From positions 2,254 to 66,253 of the forward strand of contig MUCP01000010.1 of NCBI GenBank assembly GCA_002816875.1: a stretch of DNA of 64,000 nt. Reading direction: 5' to 3'. The translations under genes and the position numbers were made by a program. The notes below the pieces were generated by a model. That model did not search any database, was not told the origin of the DNA, and worked only from the letters and a program-made list of their open reading frames with translations. Below are positions 56,797-64,000 of this stretch, piece by piece (positions within the stretch are counted from its first letter, which is position 1; each line of letters begins with the position of its first letter). Source of the DNA: SAR202 cluster bacterium Io17-Chloro-G2. GTDB taxonomy: Bacteria > Chloroflexota > Dehalococcoidia > Lucifugimonadales > UBA3495.

Positions 56797-57690
56797 ATGA
56801 ACGACTTTGAATTTCACAGCCCCTCCAGCCTGGAAGAAGCCTTCGAGCTATTGGACCGGTATGGCGATGACGCCAGGGTGATGGCCGGCGGCACCGGCGT
56901 GGTGTTGCAGATGAAGCAGCGGCTGTCCCAACCGGGGCATGTCGTCGGTCTAAGAAAGGTCCCTGGCCTGAATTCCATCGGCCTGACTGGCAACGGTAGC
57001 GCCGGGGGAATAGAAGTTGGCGCCATGGTGACCCACAGGACCCTGGAAAACGACCCCACGGTAGTCCAAATTCTGCCCATGGTGGCCGCCACCTACCATC
57101 ACGTGGCGACCCCCCGGATCCGTTCCATGGCCACGGTGGGCGGCGGTTTGGTTCACGGAGACCCCAATGAAGACCCGCCTCCTACGTTGATCGCCCTGGG
57201 CGCTTTGGTGGTGTTGACCTCCTCCTCGGGCCGGCGGGAAATGCCCGTTGAAGAACTTTTCGTTGACTACTATGAGACCGATGTCCAACCAGGGGAGATC
57301 CTTACCAGCGTCACCATTCCGCAACAGCCGCCGGGCTCCGGCTCTGCCTATCTGAAATTCCTGCCCCGTACCGCTGACGACTACGCGACGGTCTCCGTCG
57401 CGGCTATAGTCACCCGGGGAAATGGCAACACCTGTAGCGACGTCAAGATCGTTTTGGGGGCCGTGGGCATGACCCCGGTACATGCCACCCAGGCCGAGTC
57501 TTTGCTGCGGGGCCAAACCTTGACTCCAGAGAACATCGCGGCTTGCGCCTCAGCGGTCAAAGAGGTGGTTGACCCGTTGGACGATTTTAGGGGGTCAGCC
57601 GAATACAAACGGGATATGGCCGAGGTTTTCACCCGCCGGGCAATAGAACAAGCTATTCAACAGACCTTGGAAAACAGGCCGGCGGCATGA
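56797..57690 (+). CDS. FAD-binding medium subunit of a molybdenum hydroxylase (CoxM-type)
   Basis: ...MAGGTGVVLQMK... FAD motif and a CO_deh_flav_C-like C-terminus (FRGSAEYKRDMA). AAGGAGG RBS. Confidence 0.85.
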   Translation: MNDFEFHSPSSLEEAFELLDRYGDDARVMAGGTGVVLQMKQRLSQPGHVVGLRKVPGLNSIGLTGNGSAGGIEVGAMVTHRTLENDPTVVQILPMVAATYHHVATPRIRSMATVGGGLVHGDPNEDPPPTLIALGALVVLTSSSGRREMPVEELFVDYYETDVQPGEILTSVTIPQQPPGSGSAYLKFLPRTADDYATVSVAAIVTRGNGNTCSDVKIVLGAVGMTPVHATQAESLLRGQTLTPENIAACASAVKEVVDPLDDFRGSAEYKRDMAEVFTRRAIEQAIQQTLENRPAA

Positions 57691-57727
57691 GAACGGCTGC
57701 CGCAAAGCCGAGCGCGAGGCCGGGTCT

Positions 57728-58189
57728 ATGAGGCTGGAAAACAGTTGTCTGATCCCGGCTGGCCGCTCTGCCGCTTGGGAACTGTTGATGGATATTCCCC
57801 AGGCGGCCGCCTGCGTCCCCGGCCTACAGGAAATCGTTCCCGATGGTGAGAACCAGTATCGCGCTAGGTTGGAGTCCCGCGTGGGGCCCATGAGATTTAG
57901 CTTTTCCGGTACCGTCCTTGTGGTGGAGAAGGATGAGTCCAAGGCAGAGGCGCGGTTTCAAGTAGAGGCGTCCGACCCCAAGGTTGGCGGTACCATCAAG
58001 GCTGACATGACGATGCGGCTGATAGATTGCGCCCCAGGGCAGAGCGAGCTTTCCATAGTCACCGAAACCGCCTTTATGGGCAAGCTGGGTGAACTGGGCC
58101 AGCCCCTGATGCACCGCAAAGCAAAGAGCACCATGGAAGGGTTCGCCCACAACCTGGTGCAATTGCTTCAGCAGCAGGCCGGCAACTAA
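57728..58189 (+). CDS. SRPBCC-fold CoxG-like protein
   Basis: ...W.LL.D....A.C.PG... N-terminus and ...GKL..LGQPLM..KAK......F..NL tail, typical of CoxG. Confidence 0.7.
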   Translation: MRLENSCLIPAGRSAAWELLMDIPQAAACVPGLQEIVPDGENQYRARLESRVGPMRFSFSGTVLVVEKDESKAEARFQVEASDPKVGGTIKADMTMRLIDCAPGQSELSIVTETAFMGKLGELGQPLMHRKAKSTMEGFAHNLVQLLQQQAGN

Positions 58190-58667
58190 CCGCAACAACA
58201 CGCGTTGAACCGCGTGGGTTGATGTTAGCTACGGCCCATTCTCCCTGGGTCGCTCCCTCCCATCGAATCCCAGGGCAATCATGTCCAAAAACTCCCCGGC
58301 TATGGTTGCCTATTGCCATCTTAATCAGAGAACCCCGTTCCCCTGGCTGACTTCAAACCTCGGATCAACCCCAGATATTCCCTATTGCACCCCATTGCAC
58401 CCCGCGCTTGTAAATCCACCAATACCCAGGAAAATCCTCGGCTGCCGGAGTGCTAACACTTTGGACCGATGGAAAACACTGCGTATAAACAGGGGACTAA
58501 CTCCTTGCTGGAATTGCTCGCCCTACACCCAAGATAGGTGGCCGTCCCGTGGGATAACCCTAGGGCCGAACCTAAACTTACTAGAACATGTGGTGGGGGG
58601 TGAGAAAACCTTGCACGGGGGTGGCAAATTTCGACATCCATCCATCGCGGTGCGTTTACCGATTACC

Positions 58668-58697
58668 AAGGGGCACACAGTAACCAGGGGCACACAG
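58668..58697 (+). promoter_or_regulatory. Direct repeat AGGGGCACACAG x2 (17-bp periodicity), 29-58 nt upstream of the archaellin start; candidate operator/promoter element
   Basis: aaggggcacacag (58668-58680) and caggggcacacag (58685-58697), followed by GATAAT (58695-58700) and a GAGAGGGA RBS. Confidence 0.3.
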
Positions 58698-58725
58698 ATA
58701 ATTCATATCGAGAGGGAAAAGCGAA

Positions 58726-59337
58726 ATGAACAACGGAATGGTTAACTTTTGGGCTAGGTTAAAGGCCTGGCTCCCGGACCAGAGGGGCATCACCGGGTTG
58801 GAAACGGCAATCGTGCTGATTGCCTTCGTTGTGGTTTCATCGGTGTTTGCATTCGCCGCTCTGTCCACCGGCCTCTTCTCCAGTGACAAAGCCAAGGAGA
58901 CAATCTCGGCTGGACTGGCTGAGACGAGAGGTACCTTGGAGCAGAAAGGCTCGGTGATCCTGACGTCCAGCACCACCGGCACGTCGGGGGTGATCTCCCA
59001 GATAGAGTTCCAGGTATCCAACGCCGCCGCCGGCGAGCCCATCGACCTGACGCCGGGCAATACCATCATCCGGTACAGCGACAAGAACCAGGTCAAGAAC
59101 CTGACCACCACGGCCGACTTTACCGCGACCAACGTCGCCGCCTTCGGCGACAGTGACAACCTACTGGAAACCGGTGAGATCTTCGAGATCAAGCTGATCG
59201 ATCTAAATTCCAGATTGGACACGGCACTGGGGCCCAGCACTGAGTTCACCATCGAAGTCGTCCCACCCCGTGGCGCCGTGCTGTTCGTCAGCAGGAGAAC
59301 TCCAGTGTCGACGGAAACCAAAGACGTGCTGGATTGA
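58726..59337 (+). CDS. arlB: Archaellin (archaeal-type flagellin, FlaB/ArlB) with a class III signal peptide
   Basis: ...LPDQRG/ITGLETAIVLIAFVVVSSVFAFAAL... matches the archaeal flagellin N-terminal domain. The C-terminal beta-rich part (...DNLLETGEIFEIKL...EFTIEVVPPRGAVL...) follows the archaellin pattern. 203 aa. Confidence 0.8.
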   Translation: MNNGMVNFWARLKAWLPDQRGITGLETAIVLIAFVVVSSVFAFAALSTGLFSSDKAKETISAGLAETRGTLEQKGSVILTSSTTGTSGVISQIEFQVSNAAAGEPIDLTPGNTIIRYSDKNQVKNLTTTADFTATNVAAFGDSDNLLETGEIFEIKLIDLNSRLDTALGPSTEFTIEVVPPRGAVLFVSRRTPVSTETKDVLD

Positions 59338-59373
59338 CCCGGCTCTTCTATTGACAGTCCGGATCTTGGCTGA

Positions 59374-59393
59374 AGCGGCGTCTATGCGCCGCT
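59374..59393 (+). terminator. Hairpin in the 210-nt gap after the archaellin gene (possible attenuator/partial terminator)
   Basis: agcggcg-tctatg-cgccgct: 7-bp stem, no T-tract. Confidence 0.25.
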
Positions 59394-59547
59394 AGGCCAC
59401 CCATCGATAGAAAGATCTGTGGCGCGGCTCGCAGCCGTCAAAGCAGCGCACTGGCCTAAGAGCGGCCCCGGTGGCGGAGACACCCTGTGAGGTGCCTGAC
59501 ACCGGGGGTTGCTTCACTATCAAGACCGCAATGACAGGGAAGCCGCA

Positions 59548-61167
59548 ATGGCCGATGCCGACAGCAGGCTAGAGACCGTAGAGGATGAGCTCAAGGTTCT
59601 AAAGGGGGAGGTGAGGCGAACCCTGGTGGACCTTCGAGCTCTTTTGATGCGTGCTGATTCCCCGATGAACGACGGGTTTATTGGACGCCGGGACGCTTTG
59701 CCGGACCGGGAACCGGAGGATGGGCCCAAGCCGGCCAGGACGGAAATGTCTCAAGTGATCCAACAAGAAACTGGGCCAGCGCTTGCTGCGGCGCCAGCCC
59801 CGGCTCCGGCGCAACCGCCTGCTGCGGCGCCAGCCCCGGCTCCAGTGCAACCCCTGGCCGGAGGACCGGGACAGCCGCCAGTAGGGGGACCCGGGCAACC
59901 TCCGGGAGGGTTATTCCCGCCGGGCTCCGGTCCGCAACAAGGCAGCATTAATTCCCCGGTCATGGGTCCCCCGATAGCCACGCCTAACGGGGAACAAGAG
60001 CGGGCAATGGCCGAACAACAGCGAAGGATGGCTGACCAGGAAAGAAGGATAGCCGAGCAAGACAGGCAGATGGCCGATCTCAGCCGGATGGTTCAAGAAG
60101 GAGCTCAGGCGGCCGAGCAGGCGCCGGGCCAAGACCCGGAGCAGCAGCACAGGTTGGATGAACAACAACGCCAGATCGCCGACCAGAGCCAGCAGATGCC
60201 CGCCATGGACGGCAAGCTAGACGAACAAGGCGGACGCGCTGAAGGCGGCACCCATGGTAATGATGAGGAAAGAGATCATCGGGAACCGGAACAAATCCAG
60301 CAGATAGCCGACCTGAAGGTCCGGGTTGAGGAAGAAGGCCGGTCCACCAGGGAAGCGGTGGCCGAGGCCCAAATAACCAGCCAGCCGCCCAGCCAGCGGA
60401 GGACCGCGGAACCGGAAAATCAAATTGACCCTGACGACGTAGGACCGAAATTAGAGGAAGAAATAGATGAGCCATCTGTCCAAGGCCGGGACGATGAGTC
60501 TGATCGATACCAGGAGAATATACAGACCCCACGCCGGACCGCTGGCCGGCGCGAGGAAATTGCAAACCGGCAACGGGGCCAAAGGACGGGGGGAGGCCGT
60601 GATGTTGGGGGTCTTGGGAACAACGAAGCCTGGGACAAAGAACCGATAGACAAGGAACGCCATCCATCTGGATCCAAACCGGATGGCGTGAAAAGACCCA
60701 GGCCGGTAATAACTGGGAGTAACGATATCGTGGGTAACCACTACCGGAATTCAGGTCATGATGACGTGGAAGATCAGTACCGCGGTGAAAGCGGCAGCCA
60801 TGTCTATGACCAATACCATCAGTTATTCGAAGCCATAGGCGGCGCCGGCGGGGTGGACGATAACGCGGGAAACTCCGCTCCTCTGGACGTGAATCTTCTG
60901 GCGAGTTTGGTGAGGTGGATGACCCTGGCCAAAGGGAGGGTTGGGGAGGCTCGCCTAAAAAGGATATTGGATCTCTATTTAGGGTCTGGCCGAAGCTCGC
61001 CCCAGCTGCGGGAGTTGTTGGTCAGCGTTTCGAGCATGGTAGACACGGTTTCACCCGAAACGCCCCAGGCCGCCCAGGAATGCACTGACTTGCTATCCCA
61101 ACTTCACGGCATTTTGACCGGAGGGCTCCAAATAGCCCAGGTGCCTCAGATCAGCTTGTCTGAGTAG
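59548..61167 (+). CDS. FlaD/E (ArlD/E)-domain protein with a very long low-complexity central region
   Basis: The C-terminal ~100 aa (LDVNLLASLVRWMTLAKGRVGEARLKRILDLYLGSGRSSPQLRELL...) resembles the archaeal FlaD/E domain (W..L....G......L.YY...GWIS pattern). Position between arlB and arlF/G matches euryarchaeal operons. N-terminal coiled coil; A/P- and Q/E/R-rich middle. Confidence 0.5.
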   Translation: MADADSRLETVEDELKVLKGEVRRTLVDLRALLMRADSPMNDGFIGRRDALPDREPEDGPKPARTEMSQVIQQETGPALAAAPAPAPAQPPAAAPAPAPVQPLAGGPGQPPVGGPGQPPGGLFPPGSGPQQGSINSPVMGPPIATPNGEQERAMAEQQRRMADQERRIAEQDRQMADLSRMVQEGAQAAEQAPGQDPEQQHRLDEQQRQIADQSQQMPAMDGKLDEQGGRAEGGTHGNDEERDHREPEQIQQIADLKVRVEEEGRSTREAVAEAQITSQPPSQRRTAEPENQIDPDDVGPKLEEEIDEPSVQGRDDESDRYQENIQTPRRTAGRREEIANRQRGQRTGGGRDVGGLGNNEAWDKEPIDKERHPSGSKPDGVKRPRPVITGSNDIVGNHYRNSGHDDVEDQYRGESGSHVYDQYHQLFEAIGGAGGVDDNAGNSAPLDVNLLASLVRWMTLAKGRVGEARLKRILDLYLGSGRSSPQLRELLVSVSSMVDTVSPETPQAAQECTDLLSQLHGILTGGLQIAQVPQISLSE

Positions 61168-61243
61168 CCAACCCTTAAATTCAACCAACATTTCAGCCGA
61201 AAGTTCACGGGGAACTACCTTCACCTCCTAAACAGGTATTGTA

Positions 61244-61711
61244 ATGGAAAAGGCGATAACCACCTCCCTCATGATCATCGCCAGCATAGTTGCCGCTATG
61301 GCGTTGATCAACGCCGTCATCCCGGCCATGGGCAAGAGCGCCAGCGCCCTGGCGACGGCCAACTCGGCCACGGCCGACCGCATCCGGACTGATATTGAGA
61401 TCATCCATGCCACGGGGGACGACGCCGGCGAAGTAATAACCGTCTGGGTGAAAAACGTCGGCACCAAAAAGATCAATCCCATCAAATCCAGCGATATCAT
61501 CCTGACTACGCCCACCACCGTTGCTTCTCTACCCTATGTCAGCGGTTGCTCCTCAGAATGTTGGGACTACGCCCTGGAAGGGGGTGCAACTGATTGGAGC
61601 CAAGCAGTGACCGTTAAATTCACCCTGAAGACCACGGTTGACACCGGCGTTTACACCGTCACGGTCAGTTCTCCCAACGCCACCAGCGCCAGCGAAGATT
61701 TCAGCGTATAG
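61244..61711 (+). CDS. FlaF/FlaG (ArlF/ArlG)-family protein (ArlF by operon position)
   Basis: Archaellin-like N-terminal helix (AITTSLMIIASIVAAMALINAV) followed by ...ADRIRTDIEIIHA...VWVKNVGTKKI... beta-sandwich pattern. Confidence 0.65.
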   Translation: MEKAITTSLMIIASIVAAMALINAVIPAMGKSASALATANSATADRIRTDIEIIHATGDDAGEVITVWVKNVGTKKINPIKSSDIILTTPTTVASLPYVSGCSSECWDYALEGGATDWSQAVTVKFTLKTTVDTGVYTVTVSSPNATSASEDFSV

Positions 61712-61749
61712 CCAGGTATGCCAAGTTTTGATAAAGAGCCAGTTGGTAA

Positions 61750-62274
61750 ATGAGCATCATAGCGCCTGGAATAATGGTGATCACTGTATTTTTACTGGCG
61801 TCTGCCCTGATGTTTGGCACGTTTCTCACGGCTTCAGCAACTCAGGGAGATTCCTTGAAGGACCTTGCCACGGTCAACACTGCCCAAGCAGGGGACCAGC
61901 TTGATATCGTCAGCGCCGCGGTGGATACGCCCGATACTGGTGACCTGACGGTAACGGTGGATAACACAGGCTCCCGGTCAACGCCGGATTTCAGCCGGAT
62001 GGACGTGATTTTGGAATACATAGACCCTTCTGACAACGCCGTGGTTACATATATCGATTATTCGGCGTCGGCTCCCGGGAACAATGAATGGACCATTCCG
62101 GCGTTGGGAATCACGCCTGATTCTTTCAATCCCATCATGTGGGACCCCGATGAGGTCATCTCCATCGATATCTTGGTTTTCCCCGCGGTGAAGTCCAACA
62201 CTGCCGCCTTGGTGGCGGTGGTGACGCCGTGGGGGATAAGCGATACCTCTGCGGTAACCAATCCCAGTCCCTAG
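61750..62274 (+). CDS. FlaF/FlaG (ArlF/ArlG)-family protein (ArlG by operon position)
   Basis: N-terminal TM helix, ...LDIVSAAVD...LTVTVDNTGSRS..., 174 aa. Paralogous to 7036..7542. Confidence 0.65.
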   Translation: MSIIAPGIMVITVFLLASALMFGTFLTASATQGDSLKDLATVNTAQAGDQLDIVSAAVDTPDTGDLTVTVDNTGSRSTPDFSRMDVILEYIDPSDNAVVTYIDYSASAPGNNEWTIPALGITPDSFNPIMWDPDEVISIDILVFPAVKSNTAALVAVVTPWGISDTSAVTNPSP

Positions 62275-62333
62275 CGTATCCAGTCCGGGCCCAGGGGTGT
62301 GAAGGGGGGTGAAAAACAATAGAGGAGAAAAAT

Positions 62334-63050
62334 ATGACCACTTCGCTTGATGGCACCCGGGTCATATCCACCGGCAGCAAGGAGATCGACAAAAAGATGG
62401 GCGGCGGTATCCCGGTGGGGTCGTTGGTTCTGCTGGAAGGCCAATCCGACGCGGGTAAAAGCGTTCTGTGTCAGCATTTTTCCCATGGAACTCTCAGTTC
62501 CAGTATGTCCTCGGTTTATTACACCACTGAGAATACGGTAAAAAGTCTGGTGTCTCAGATGAGTTCGCTGAACCTGGATGTTACCGACTACTTCCTATGT
62601 GACCGGATGAGGATCTATCCCCTGGACATCGCCTCGTCAGAGGATTCCGACTCTGGGACGGCATTCCGGGTCCTGACCGACCACTTGGACAGTCTGCCCA
62701 GCCGGTTCAACTTGGCGGTCATCGATTCACTCACCGGATTGGTCGCCAAGAGTGATGACCACGCCATCATCGATTTTTTCGCCTCATGCAAAAGGCTGTG
62801 TGACGGCGGACGGACCGTATTGGCGGTGGTCCATTCTTATGCCTTCGATGACCGCATGCTCATTCGAATCAGATCGTTGTGCGATGCCCACCTGGTGATG
62901 AAGATGGAACAGGTGGGAGAGCGGCTGGTCAAGATATTAGAGGTTGCCAAGGTTCGCAACGCCGACCAGAGCACCGGCAACATCGTCAGCTTCGACGTAG
63001 AGCCGGGAATGGGCATGAAGATCATTCCTATAGCAAAGGCCAAGGCATAG
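62334..63050 (+). CDS. arlH: ArlH (FlaH), KaiC/RecA-like archaellum ATP-binding protein
   Basis: STGSKEIDKKMGGGIPVGSLVLLEGQSDAGKS (Walker A), ...LAVIDSLT... (Walker B-like), about 238 aa, immediately upstream of arlI. Confidence 0.8.
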   Translation: MTTSLDGTRVISTGSKEIDKKMGGGIPVGSLVLLEGQSDAGKSVLCQHFSHGTLSSSMSSVYYTTENTVKSLVSQMSSLNLDVTDYFLCDRMRIYPLDIASSEDSDSGTAFRVLTDHLDSLPSRFNLAVIDSLTGLVAKSDDHAIIDFFASCKRLCDGGRTVLAVVHSYAFDDRMLIRIRSLCDAHLVMKMEQVGERLVKILEVAKVRNADQSTGNIVSFDVEPGMGMKIIPIAKAKA

Positions 63051-63054
63051 ATCT

Positions 63055-64000
63055 ATGACCACAACAACGAAAAGGACGAAAAACGAGTCAAGCCATTCTC
63101 ACAAAGAAGGGATTGCCTCCTGCCCCGTGTTCCGGATGTTGCCTGAGCCGCTGCAACTGGAATCTCAAAAGAAAGAGTTCCTGTTGCAATACATTCACAG
63201 CCTGCCGATGGAAAATATCGGCGTGCCCGAGTATGTCGCCAGTCTAGAACGTAGCATGGGTGATATTAAAGACCCAAACCTGATCTATCCCATAGACAAG
63301 GGCCTGTACATACACGTTTTCTCCGACCCCTCCGACGCCCGTAACTTCTACGTGCCCATCGAGCCGGGAATGGCCGATGGCAATCTTGAATTGATGGAGG
63401 AACTGGAAGAACGCCTGGTGGATTATGTCGCCGAGTTGGAAAACATGACCGGCGACCAGGCCAGGAAATCCGCGGTCTTGCGCGGGATCGTGAAAAAGGC
63501 TTGCGTGGTGGTTAATCCCCGTGATGTACGAAAGGAGCGGGCCAAAGCCAAAAAAAATGGTTCGGCCAGGCTTCCAGTCACCAAGGCGGAAATGGCCACT
63601 TTGTCTTACCGGATGGAAAGGGACAAGCAAGGCATGGGGTTGCTGGAACCGCTCATCCTAGACACCAATATTGAAGACATAAGCTGCAGTGGCACAGGGC
63701 CGATCTTCATAGAGCACAAGATCTTCAAAAGCATGAAAAGCAGCGTGGGTTTCGAAACGCCCAACGAACTTGACTCCTTCGTCATCCAACTATCCGAGAA
63801 GATTGGGCGGCCCGTGACCTACCGGGAGCCCATCGTCGACGCTACGCTATTGGATGGTTCCAGGATCAACATGGTGTACGGTGAAGACGTCTCCAAGCGA
63901 GGAAGCAACTTCACCATCCGGAAATTCGCCACTGAACCGTTGAGCATGATTCAACTGGTGGAGTTTGGCGGTCTCACTTATGAAATGGCGGCCTACCTTT
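63055..64000 (+). CDS. arlI: ArlI (FlaI) archaellum assembly/motor ATPase, N-terminal 315 codons; the 3' end lies outside the window
   Basis: My translation of frame 1 from the ATG at 63055: ...NLIYPIDKGLYIHVFSDPSDARNFYVPIEP..., ...LEPLILDTNIEDISCSGTGPIFIEHKIF..., ...IVDATLLDGSRINMVYGEDVSKRGSNFTIRKF... This is the typical FlaI N-terminal and pre-Walker region. The ORF is absent from the ORF track because it has no stop within the window. Confidence 0.85.
   Translation, partial: MTTTTKRTKNESSHSHKEGIASCPVFRMLPEPLQLESQKKEFLLQYIHSLPMENIGVPEYVASLERSMGDIKDPNLIYPIDKGLYIHVFSDPSDARNFYVPIEPGMADGNLELMEELEERLVDYVAELENMTGDQARKSAVLRGIVKKACVVVNPRDVRKERAKAKKNGSARLPVTKAEMATLSYRMERDKQGMGLLEPLILDTNIEDISCSGTGPIFIEHKIFKSMKSSVGFETPNELDSFVIQLSEKIGRPVTYREPIVDATLLDGSRINMVYGEDVSKRGSNFTIRKFATEPLSMIQLVEFGGLTYEMAAYL

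Noticed and set aside
58281-58745. 154-aa ORF in the arlB upstream region
   Set aside because: No RBS and no domain resemblance. The composition is odd (P/L/T/R/N-rich) and it overlaps the arlB start, so I treat the region as non-coding leader.
58726-64000. The possibility that the whole window is archaeal, or that these genes encode a bacterial Tad/type IV pilus
   Set aside because: nusB, holA, ftsK, acpP/fabD, yceD and bacterial L32 on the same contiguous sequence exclude an archaeal host. The KaiC-like ArlH, FlaF/G and FlaD/E-type genes are specific to archaella and absent from Tad/T4P loci. A chimeric assembly cannot be excluded from sequence alone and is listed as a refutation test.

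Overview
This is a GC-rich (not computed) 64-kb chromosomal segment, densely coding on both strands. The host is clearly a bacterium. The window carries nusB, holA, ftsK, bacterial L32 (rpmF), acpP/fabD, yceD, RNase J, serA and a family-4 UDG. The many catabolic paralogues (two LLM flavin monooxygenases, Ldh_2, MmgE/PrpD, amidohydrolase, RidA, VOC, PuuE-like deacetylase, CoxSMG, a split B12 methylmalonyl-CoA mutase cluster) and the PT-linker surface proteins suggest Chloroflexota. That lineage call is inference only. The main result is at the 3' end (58.7-64.0 kb): a co-directional archaellum (archaeal flagellum) operon. It comprises an archaellin with a class III signal peptide, a FlaD/E-domain protein, two FlaF/FlaG-family proteins, KaiC-like ArlH, and ArlI, which runs off the window. 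An unlinked FlaF/G paralogue sits at 7.0-7.5 kb. Other notable items: (1) a DUF3179 gene whose expected CxxC cysteine codon is an in-frame TGA followed by a hairpin, a candidate selenoprotein; (2) a ~4.1-kb block of two tandem surface-protein paralogues bracketed by a duplicated copy of the neighbouring hydrolase gene start, with one paralogue disrupted by a TAA and a homopolymer frameshift; (3) several families of short intergenic hairpin or MITE-like repeats; (4) a vapBC pair; (5) one tRNA-Gly(UCC). I saw no rRNA, CRISPR array, transposase or integrase. CDS coordinates include the stop codon. Several starts were moved from the ORF-track start to an internal ATG/GTG with a visible Shine-Dalgarno sequence.
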